From the IMG/VR virus record IMGVR_UViG_3300032516_000001, positions 62,001 through 126,000 of that record: DNA of 64,000 nt, one strand, 5' to 3'. Under the pieces are notes generated by a model, which ran no database searches, was not told where the DNA came from, and was given only the letters and a program-made list of their open reading frames with translations. The translations under genes were made by a program, and so were the position numbers. Shown piece by piece: positions 49,501 through 58,100 of this stretch (position 1 is the stretch's first letter; each line of letters begins with the position of its first letter).

Positions 49501-51842
49501 CTGCCATCAGGATTAAAAGTAAAGACGCGAGGACCAGTAACTGGTTGACTTTCTTTCATCCCAAGAAATAAACTTCTTGGCATGCTTCCCAAAGCCGGTA
49601 TTTTCAACGGAACATTGACTGGAGTAGGATCAGGTGCAGCAGTAGCCGTCTCCTGTCTAACCTTAAATAACGCGGTTTCTGTTCTATTGGTTGGTGTCGT
49701 AGTTACTCCGCCATCTGTAGAATCAAGTGAGATATACGAAATGTGAAATACGTCATTCGGTCTAGTTTGAGTGTTTAAATTTACTTGACCGGTTGTTTTT
49801 AATATGCTGAATTGTGAATTATCTATAATTGAAAAAAGCGACGATCCATTAGCTTTCATTAACGTGAATTTTTTATATGGCGGAAGAAATTCAGTCCAGA
49901 ATCTATCGGTTATTATTTCAACATCAGCTTTCAAATCTGCGGTCGTATTTCCAGTAGACATGAATGATGGACTTACTCTTGCAATTTTATCCGATATAAT
50001 TTCCTCTATATGATAGATTCCAACATTATCACCGGATGATACTAATAAATATTTACCGGTATGAGAACTTATGAATATTGACTCATTAGACACGAATCTA
50101 TTAAGTAATGTCACTGCCCCAGTGATACCAAGTATATTTATAGGATCATTCTCTCCAACTGATCCTATGAATTCTATCGTTCCATTTGATGAATTGAAAA
50201 CGAAATCGATCCCGGGTGTTAATGAACTACCACCTGGAACAGATCCACTCCTAAACATAAGTAAACCATTTTTAGATATCTCAAACCCATATTCACTGAT
50301 AGCTGCATCATCAAGTTTAATAATCGGAGTTGGTTTTAATACTACTTGGCTACTAGTTTTTCTATTTGAGAATTTGAATAAATGATGATCTAAATCGAAT
50401 AGATATCCAAATCCGGTTTTAGTAGAATCAGTACCATCAACCAAATCAAAACCAGTTGGCCCCCCTGTTCCAGCACTAAAGTAGGAACTTATACCGGGCG
50501 CTACTTTATAATTAAGAAATGAGTCGATTATTGGAGTTGTAGGAAGCATCAAAAATGGTGAAGCACTTATTTTAGATTCTATAACTTGATCTGTCACTTC
50601 ATAGATTATTGTAAAATCTGGTGCCAATGGAGCATAACTTCCATTAGCACCACTTCTGTAAAATTGAATCGATACGCCATCTTCTATTTGGATAATGGTG
50701 TCAACATATAAGAAATTCCATGCAACATAAGCTATCGCATCAGCATACCTTAAATAAATGGCTCCTGTAGCTGGATCGAAATACACAGTCCCGGGAGGCG
50801 GAGACTTAAATGGCGGATCAGTCATATCAATAATAGTGACTGGAAAATATGATCTGGTAATACCAGATTCAGCAGCTATGATAAATCTATTTGGATCAGT
50901 GTTACCAATTGCTGCTGGGATTGTGAAAGATGGAATTGGATAACTGTTTCCGATCAATCCAACAACGGTTCTGTTTAATTGAATAGACTTGGTAAATACA
51001 CCATCATAATATATAGGTCGATTTATGTTTACTGTCACATCATCTACTGCAAAACGAATTCTGCCAGTATCAAGAGACCAAGTGAAGGTTCCGATGGCAG
51101 GGGATCCCAATGATGATTCATCAGGAACTTCAATTGGAGTCAAATATCTTTGATAGTCAATTTTGATAAGTGGATGTTGCCCAGTCGCCGGCTTTGGATT
51201 CATGAATAGGAAATAATCGATCGATGATGATTGTGGTAAATCTCCAATTTTTCCAGTAGATTGTTTTCTATCAAAGAATGTCTGTCTTGTAGCATAAATT
51301 ATCTGGTATCTATATTGATTTATATCGATATCGCTAAAATTCAGTTTACCATCAGCTTCCGATACTTCAACCGTTCCAGCTACTGGACCTGGTGGAGCAG
51401 TAAAATCGGTCTCTGTTGGAACACCTACTATATTGAATGTAATTGCTCGAGTTGTGGTGCCTATATACACACTAACCGGAGCACTAGTCAATGATAGGTC
51501 TGGTGGCGGAATAGATAATCTCGGGGAATTAGCTATGACTCCAATTCTGCTAGGTGTGCTACCTGGCATCGGGAAAAATCTGCGACCAAAATTGTCATAA
51601 TCAAATCTAACTGCCACCGATTCGTTTTTGGTTATTCTAAATATTAAATCTGGATCAGCAATATCCAATTCATATTTATTCGGATCTAAACTATCAGCTA
51701 TTATAGCGTATTCCGCTCTAGTTGTTGGCACATTAAACACAATTGAATCAGATATATAATTTCGAGGTGGAAATGTAAGAGAGTTGTTTCCAGAGCTAAC
51801 TCTGATGCCCTCAAGTAATCTGCCACCAGTGTCTAGAGTCAT
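46452..51842 (-). CDS. 1796-aa virion structural protein (baseplate-associated)
   Basis: beta-rich repeated modules (GKLNFS, TGRIRF, TGAIYL, NGTIEF, TGQVNL); located between spike and wedge genes. Confidence 0.7.
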   Translation of the reverse strand: MTLDTGGRLLEGIRVSSGNNSLTFPPRNYISDSIVFNVPTTRAEYAIIADSLDPNKYELDIADPDLIFRITKNESVAVRFDYDNFGRRFFPMPGSTPSRIGVIANSPRLSIPPPDLSLTSAPVSVYIGTTTRAITFNIVGVPTETDFTAPPGPVAGTVEVSEADGKLNFSDIDINQYRYQIIYATRQTFFDRKQSTGKIGDLPQSSSIDYFLFMNPKPATGQHPLIKIDYQRYLTPIEVPDESSLGSPAIGTFTWSLDTGRIRFAVDDVTVNINRPIYYDGVFTKSIQLNRTVVGLIGNSYPIPSFTIPAAIGNTDPNRFIIAAESGITRSYFPVTIIDMTDPPFKSPPPGTVYFDPATGAIYLRYADAIAYVAWNFLYVDTIIQIEDGVSIQFYRSGANGSYAPLAPDFTIIYEVTDQVIESKISASPFLMLPTTPIIDSFLNYKVAPGISSYFSAGTGGPTGFDLVDGTDSTKTGFGYLFDLDHHLFKFSNRKTSSQVVLKPTPIIKLDDAAISEYGFEISKNGLLMFRSGSVPGGSSLTPGIDFVFNSSNGTIEFIGSVGENDPINILGITGAVTLLNRFVSNESIFISSHTGKYLLVSSGDNVGIYHIEEIISDKIARVSPSFMSTGNTTADLKADVEIITDRFWTEFLPPYKKFTLMKANGSSLFSIIDNSQFSILKTTGQVNLNTQTRPNDVFHISYISLDSTDGGVTTTPTNRTETALFKVRQETATAAPDPTPVNVPLKIPALGSMPRSLFLGMKESQPVTGPRVFTFNPDGRTISTTKSINVYIGGMPLDASEFIYKAPNTIELSTPIQPGQTVVLDYWVEESTGGDNNFDLLYTPVDIDTPEIISGQQTAIFNGNQTSILSAGSAILIRNVEVIIIESVSYDSSNDVTNVKFETIPTNNSSGAPLQATGPINGPYRIVETNSIDVFSKNTTTIYISGDKSAYYPSGTVVTVNNDPFLVRSSRYNSDNSKTEVMVTTSAKKNYIIPILTRTIRPITFPSSNFETEKPIDIDFPFTLVLMGNTRSILVNRVDYTISEGGIIKLSADVKFGDSLYIIYVYRENQPGFTNFTFNYAYQIAPDIDVNGIQGQQLKATYHLYAPDSFFYRVETIETFIPEVQKLLEASVGSMASGPNIANASSMVTKDYGSPSPYFEEQHQYNIDVTVIRLLKHYNDTINIYEDILSNLDGRVIGGNNGKFRFDGNLDNPPIDNYYQITNDIDDRIKLFDRLVLTGFVTFNSVPVYARMGEPNKLSRLFPTFRTVTAGVNDLTSFLHFGATMGSLGFENINKVLQITSSQGRSFFEVVYGGVAFKVLTNGDPDRLVPPLEINQKATVYAYDGTPDVSGTILDVIGDIVTLDTATTLTAGSILRNINIDDGSDSTLSYYVDGKDLNVDFDNGQINNFSLPPPFNIPQTSIKGDELLDVLIRYNNQNVDPARIPVLDGLELNDDGRVPAPLLKRVSESFLLTRELANLSQIGTAIVATNRIDIISNVPVNVGYQIEFLNGPNAGQIRQVDTISDPTHSKVSAQFSVADPISRDCRIYPNTGDQLDSIWNQEVLVIDSNVNGPIPPLAQLPQIDSEIKSSDDSILNSGGQVVSGTGNTTSTTILNDPTATFTQDGVDNGCLLFASSGNNHGLYKIDSVTANDITIIGDTPYAEFPAIGSTPYIIIRPYSFMSSRGSEFVTEFLRETISFLNSTQAFISFHTDSGKAARMIAISDRQAKITTFKDNLSGILTNSDRLYDARYLWIQQRTNREYGSLVRKVRAELTRQTSLTQIAANQQKLLIVKSL

Positions 51843-51864
51843 GAATTTACCCTACGTAACGGAA

Positions 51865-52440
51865 CTATGATATTAACCCGCTACCACTACCAGATCCAGG
51901 AGAAGATCCGGCCGCTCCTGTTATGGTTACTACTCCAGTGGCCAATGATAAGGCTGAATCGAATCCAGTAGCTATAGCAGAGGCTAATATGTTAGCACTA
52001 ACACCGACTAGTCCAGCTCCAGCAAATGCTCCACTGAATGCCATGATTCCTGAACTAGGAACCAATGTAACTACCCCAGTACCCGATCCAACTCCAGCAT
52101 GAATGGTATTAATATTGGCCATTCCGAGAGCTTGAGAAAAGCCGGCAGCTAAAGCATTTGCCAGTTGAATAGCTGCGGTTCCTAACATTGACGCTCCAGC
52201 TAACGATGCTGATAATGTGCCCTGTAATACCGGTGTTGCTAATATAATTCCAAATCCAATACCGGTTCCGCTACCGGCGAGGCCGGTATCCACTGTCACA
52301 ACGGTAATACCTGAAGCGGCATGGGCAATTAATCCATTTGCAACAGCCCCGGCCAATTGTGGAATCGTAGCACCAAGCAATGAATTGGCATTCAAGCTCG
52401 ATGTAAAGATCCCTGTGAGTGTTACTGGATCTAGAGCCAT
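51865..52440 (-). CDS. Gly/Ala-rich protein with three internal repeats, directly after the spike gene (start probably MALDPV at 52440)
   Basis: three approx. 60-aa units each containing L.G....[QI]LA.A[VLI]A.G ... G.GSG. Confidence 0.7.
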   Translation of the reverse strand: MALDPVTLTGIFTSSLNANSLLGATIPQLAGAVANGLIAHAASGITVVTVDTGLAGSGTGIGFGIILATPVLQGTLSASLAGASMLGTAAIQLANALAAGFSQALGMANINTIHAGVGSGTGVVTLVPSSGIMAFSGAFAGAGLVGVSANILASAIATGFDSALSLATGVVTITGAAGSSPGSGSGSGLIS

Positions 52441-52460
52441 TAGGCAGCACCAAGCATATG

Positions 52461-54746
52461 TCAACCAAGACTAATCGTGGGCACTCCAAGAAGCGCCATA
52501 CCAGTCAAGCTATCAAAACACATAGCCGGCGGCCCAGGCGCTCCAGCTATCGCTGATCCAACAACAGTCATCCCAATCTTAGTCACAGGAGATGCAATAG
52601 CTGCTGTAGCTCCAGCAGAAATTGTCGTCGTAATGCCTCCTGTTACAGTAGCGTTTCCACCGCCCGCTGTTAACGATAAATTTCCGGTTCCAACATTGAC
52701 CGAATAATTCCCTGTTGCGACAGATGCCGTCATATTACCTGTGGTAACGGTAGCATTTATATTTCCTACAGTAGCAGTATCTGATATATCGCCAGCTACT
52801 ACAGTACGAGACATGCTACCGAGTAAAACAGTAGTACTATCAATACCTGCGATTATTGTTCTTTTGTTATTTAACGCGAAAGTGCTGTCTTTATCCTGGG
52901 CATATAACTCAGAAGTCTTACCCAACGTGGTTCTATTCACATCACCCGCAGATTTGAATTTTAATCCACCAAAACCAGCATTATGTGTAATACTAGTAGC
53001 TTCTACAGCCTCTTCACCCCCCACCTGTCGAACATAATTTCCCTGGATGAAATCTAGGGCGCTGCTGCCAACAGATCTAAAATCAGATCCATTAATGACA
53101 TTTTCTCTGCCTTGTATCCCAGCATATGTTGTTCTAATCTTCCCATGCAGTATCAAATCGACAGCTATAGATTCCGGCTGATCTGGATCTCTATTATTAA
53201 AGGCGCCGATGTCTAATTTAACGCCACCCTGAGTACGTAAATCTAAGGATAACCCACTATTGTCATCTCTTCCTATTATGGTCTTTACTGCACCAGCAAT
53301 ATTAGCATCAACAGATTTTCCTTTTTCATTTGAAGTTCCGGTTAATGATTTCGGTATGTGAAGAAATACTCTGCCTTCTTTCGTTATGCCAAATGCGTAT
53401 TGATTGCCACTCGTGGGGCTTGTGACCTTGAATAATCGACACAATGCCCTGGTATCAGCCTCAGTTTGACTAGTGACAGTATTCACTGGATCAAATTTAG
53501 GGCCTGTAGATACAAGTTTGTCATCAGGTGAATCGAATACCCGCATCTTTAGAATTTGCTTATATAAAGAACGACCGGATTGTGTATATGGATCATTTCC
53601 GACAACTGTCCCTAAAACATCTTCAATAAGTATTGGTGGAATTTTATCAATTTGAACTCCGTCACCATCTTCAGTAACGGCCATTATTCCATCATGAGTA
53701 TTACGAATTTCTTTTCTATCTTCAACATAGCATTGATCAGTCGAGTCAAAACTTATTTCGGGTTCTCCATGAGTTGCATAACTGATTCTTTGCCCATCAG
53801 GAGCAACCGTATATGGGTAGTATGTCGATGCACCTGGAACCGGTTTACTCGGATCATTCGGGAATACGGGTTTCCCATTACTATCAACTAGCCCAAATTC
53901 AGCTAATTTATCAAATGCGGGACCGTCAGTCGGAATTTGATTCACATAATTATATACAACATTCCCGTCTTTATCTTTTGCTACATTGAATTTTCCATCT
54001 AAAAATTCATCAATTGTCTTAGTACCATTGATATCGAATCCGGAAGCAGCAAGGTCTGGTAAGAAATTGAATGCGTTGCGCTTAATCAGTCCACGTCTGT
54101 AATATCCGGCTGAATTGCTTTCAAACACATTGACAGTCTGTAGTATTGCGGTTTGATCAGAATCGCGTAGTTTGAATTCATTTCCAGCTCTGTTGGTGAA
54201 AAATGCGTCCCTATCTAATAAAATATCGGATCCGGAACTAGAACTAGCTAAGAAATCTCCAGAATAAGCTTTTCGAAGCTTTATTCTAGTCACGCCTAGA
54301 TTGACATGAGGATCATCAGCAAGCTCTGGAGAAATGATCAGAGCTTCTTCAGCCTCCTTAGGATCAATAGTTGAAAATGGTTCAAATTCTCGAGCTGGAA
54401 ACACACCAACAGTTAGGAATTCGACTATATATGGCTTACATATATCACGAGCATACTGTTTCCATCCTAGAAGTACCTGTGTTCCAGGTTCTGGAATGGT
54501 CCCGGACCAGCATCGTGGACCAGCTCCACCGGGAGCTGGTAATGGAACATCGTGATGTTCTCCAGATCCGGTTCCTAATGCAACGGAACAGACCATGGTT
54601 TCAACATCAACATGTATAATCCTCCCGACCCATAAATATTTATGAGCATCAGATGTTTCCAAGGACATCTGACGGGCGCCACCCAGATATTTATGATCTG
54701 GAGTAGGTATTACCGGTGGGCCGTATTTGTTCCTATCTCTAGCCAT
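52461..54746 (-). CDS. central baseplate spike, gp5/gpV/VgrG-like
   Basis: N-terminal OB-fold pattern (GRIIHVD..PEPGTQVLLGW); C-terminal 9-aa beta repeats (GDISDTATV GNINATVTT GNMTASVAT GNYSVNVGT); follows hub gene. Confidence 0.75.
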   Translation of the reverse strand: MARDRNKYGPPVIPTPDHKYLGGARQMSLETSDAHKYLWVGRIIHVDVETMVCSVALGTGSGEHHDVPLPAPGGAGPRCWSGTIPEPGTQVLLGWKQYARDICKPYIVEFLTVGVFPAREFEPFSTIDPKEAEEALIISPELADDPHVNLGVTRIKLRKAYSGDFLASSSSGSDILLDRDAFFTNRAGNEFKLRDSDQTAILQTVNVFESNSAGYYRRGLIKRNAFNFLPDLAASGFDINGTKTIDEFLDGKFNVAKDKDGNVVYNYVNQIPTDGPAFDKLAEFGLVDSNGKPVFPNDPSKPVPGASTYYPYTVAPDGQRISYATHGEPEISFDSTDQCYVEDRKEIRNTHDGIMAVTEDGDGVQIDKIPPILIEDVLGTVVGNDPYTQSGRSLYKQILKMRVFDSPDDKLVSTGPKFDPVNTVTSQTEADTRALCRLFKVTSPTSGNQYAFGITKEGRVFLHIPKSLTGTSNEKGKSVDANIAGAVKTIIGRDDNSGLSLDLRTQGGVKLDIGAFNNRDPDQPESIAVDLILHGKIRTTYAGIQGRENVINGSDFRSVGSSALDFIQGNYVRQVGGEEAVEATSITHNAGFGGLKFKSAGDVNRTTLGKTSELYAQDKDSTFALNNKRTIIAGIDSTTVLLGSMSRTVVAGDISDTATVGNINATVTTGNMTASVATGNYSVNVGTGNLSLTAGGGNATVTGGITTTISAGATAAIASPVTKIGMTVVGSAIAGAPGPPAMCFDSLTGMALLGVPTISLG

Positions 54747-54783
54747 AATCTACGTTACACATTGGATGTAAAGTTTAATCATC

Positions 54784-55161
54784 ATGCCCATAATCCAATT
54801 TACCAAAATAAACGGTGGAATCATTGAAAAAGCCAGATGGGAAGTTGATACGCTAGAGAATTTAAGAGAAGGACACTGGGTCCAATTCAGTTTTAATATC
54901 AAAGAAGATCCTAATCTTATTTCTTATGTATCAAAACGTTCCAATATAGATTGCGTAGTCGAAAAAACAGATAAAGGACAATATTCAATAGTATTGACTG
55001 GAGTAATAAAAACTTTTCGCCATATGGTAGATGCATCTAAACTTGAGAGCATGGTAACAGTAATACCGGTCAATAGAGCAATTGAAAATGTGCTTCTTTA
55101 CATATTAGATAAGGATCAATGTGACCCCAAATTCATCGCTCTATTAAGACAGACTAATTAA
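54784..55161 (+). CDS. hypothetical protein; the only plausible plus-strand gene
   Basis: fills the gap between spike and hub genes; stop overlaps the hub stop; own TGTAAAGT motif upstream. Confidence 0.65.
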   Translation: MPIIQFTKINGGIIEKARWEVDTLENLREGHWVQFSFNIKEDPNLISYVSKRSNIDCVVEKTDKGQYSIVLTGVIKTFRHMVDASKLESMVTVIPVNRAIENVLLYILDKDQCDPKFIALLRQTN

Positions 55162-58100
55162 GGGACGTTTTTCCTTAGAACTGGCCCTATAATTATATTG
55201 TTGGGTGCAGTGATATTCAATTTAGTTCGTAATGTTGGATGAGATGGCGGTTGCCATTGTCCTTTTTGTAATGCTTTTGGTAATTCAGCGTTCTTCTTAC
55301 CCTTGATCGTTTGAATCGATATGGTAGGAAGTTTTGTGGATTGAGCATTACCAGAATCAATAGCCTTTGCCGTTTCTCCTTCTGCGGTAGAACCATCCGG
55401 TAATGAGCTAGACGCGTTAGCCGACCATTGCCCGGTTGGACTCTGCGACCATTGTCCACCCGATCCTGTAGTAGATGGTTGGCCTCCTGCTGATGGTTGA
55501 CCCCCTGTACTTGGGTATGTACTGGCGCCCCACCGTCCACTCGGTCCTACAGTCGATATTGACACGCCTCCGGGAGGCTGGAAATTTCCGGATCCTGGAT
55601 CATATAACTGTCCGGCCAAATCTTCAGTATTCTGCCAGAGTTTGCCGACTTGTCCACTATCTTTGAATTGATCTTTAAATGTCTTCAAACCCTCCGCACT
55701 TTGACCAAAATTGAAGTTGGTACCTCTCTTCAATGCATTTAATGCATCCGGATCACCTTGGGCCGCTCTATCAAATAGAGAATTACCAGGATGTAGTATA
55801 TTGTCTTGTTCAAATGCTGGTGGAGTAACAATGGGCATGTTTCCCGCTATTGCAAATTTTTCTCGTGGCGTATTCCCAGCAATATAATTTTCAGCGAATT
55901 GCAATGTTAAATAATTATAGAGTAATTCAAAGAATTTGGCACTATCCAACGAAAAATTATCGCCAGTAGTCAATAAATTATTTTGTTCTTCAGCTTTACC
56001 TTTCCCACCACTCTTTCTATTTCTATTTTCATAAGCATCAGTTGCTGCATCGACATTGCTTGCAACATTGTTTTCAACATTTGCTACAGACGTATCAGCG
56101 AAAGTTTTTTCAAGATCTATAGTAAACAAAATTGGGGCACTTGTACCGTAACCACCAACATACCATTTACCATTTTGTTTAGTAATGCAACGTTTAATTT
56201 TAGTTACTATTCCAGGAGAAGTCATAAGCACCCCGCGGGCTTGATTAAGAGAAAGTGCTCCACCAGCAGCTGCTTTAGCTGCTGCCTCTTCCTGTGCTGG
56301 AGTTAATTTTATACTACGATTATATGGACGTTGCCCGCCCTCAGTTGTTAAAACACAATAATCTTCTCCAGTAATTCCTTTTGTACTTCCTGCCGGTAAT
56401 ATCTCAGTTACAATTATTGTATGTTGAAAAGCTTTAGCCCCCGTACTATCATCCCCAGGTTTTCCACAAAATATTATATCTCCGGGTCTAAGATCCGGTC
56501 TTTCAGTCAATGGGTTATTATTCCCATTTTCAGTTATAGAACCATGTCGTCTACCAATATCTCTTATATCAGTAATTGCAGATCTAGTATTACTCTGTTT
56601 GTATGGACCCTGTAATTCAGGATCTTGCAGCCCTAACTCACGAAGCATTGCTCTTGCGACTAAAGCACATGATTGAGTTTTATCCCAATTAGGATCGACA
56701 CGCCATACGGGATCACGATCAGCTGGAAACAACAAATCCATATATTTTTGTTGAGTCCCCCCGGGGCCAGACATGAAATTTACCCATGAATTCGCCAAAT
56801 CTGCTGCCTTATTTCTAAGATCCCCACCTCCAGTCAAATTTTTAGGAGGTTCCACTAATTGTTTGGTCTCTTCATATGCATATTCTGGATCTTCGGATTC
56901 TGTTTGATGTGTTTCGGTAGCTGTTGTTGATGTCAATAGCTTTTGTAGGAATTCTTTTGGTAATACTGACAGCCACAAGAATCTGCCGATTCCGCATGCA
57001 CACTTAGTAAATGCTGACCTACCATCAATAGTGGAAAATCCGCTAAATGTCGGTTGTAATTCGGCTAATGTTATTGCTCTGCGGACGGCATCGGCCTCGG
57101 CATAGACACCTGTGGTATCCGATAACGTCTTGTTAATACTAGTAGTATACTGAGTTTCACCGGTTACTTTTACATTTTCGTATAATTCATTCTGGTTATA
57201 TTGTTTTCCCTTAAATGACGCCCCAGTTCTATAATCATCCGGCTGCAGTTCTTCAAAGGCCTTAGCGAATGAAACGGATTCGGGACCAAGTGTCTTATCC
57301 ATAATAACATCGGTTAATGCGCCGCCAGTAGATGCAAACTGAACATTCAATTGATTTATGACTTGCGGGTTCTTATTATTTGATCCGTCGGAATTATATA
57401 GCGTTTTGACTCGACCTCTATCGATAAACGTTCCACGTCCATAACGATAGTGTCCAATAACTTCAAATCCGTATTCATCCGATACGGGACGAATCATGGC
57501 ATTCAATGCCGACAATTTACCAGATCCAATTGCAAGATCTACTAATGCCATATTAGTCTTCGTGCTCATTATCTCTCCTTGTAAGGAGTTTATTTCTGTT
57601 TGAATTACATTGGCATTCGTTTCAGCACCTTTTGTACTTTTGTTCTGCTCATTATTAACTACTGGAGCACTTGAAGATTGTGAAGTCTGAGATGCTTGGG
57701 CACTCTTGAATCTTATTTGAGCATCGGATAATTTTTGCTCTAACTTAGCCAGATTAGCATTCAGTTCTTGTTTTTTCTTGATTGCATCATTTCTGGCCGC
57801 TTGGGCTTTAACTTCATCGGATTTTTGAGTTGTTTCCTTTCCGGCCCAACTAATGGATGTCGTCGGAACAACTGAAAACTCTTTTATTGTACTATCGACA
57901 TCATGGGCATAATCGTAGATCCCAGCACTAGACATTCCAGATTCGTATCTATGGGCCCTCAATTGATCTATTACTTTATATCTTTGTTCACTATTTAACC
58001 TTTCCAACGTCTGACCCTGTAAGTCCGGTCTCTTCCCTCTATTATCATATTGTGTGCCACCAGGCTGAGGGTTGTCACCTTTAACACTTCCAACCTCAGC

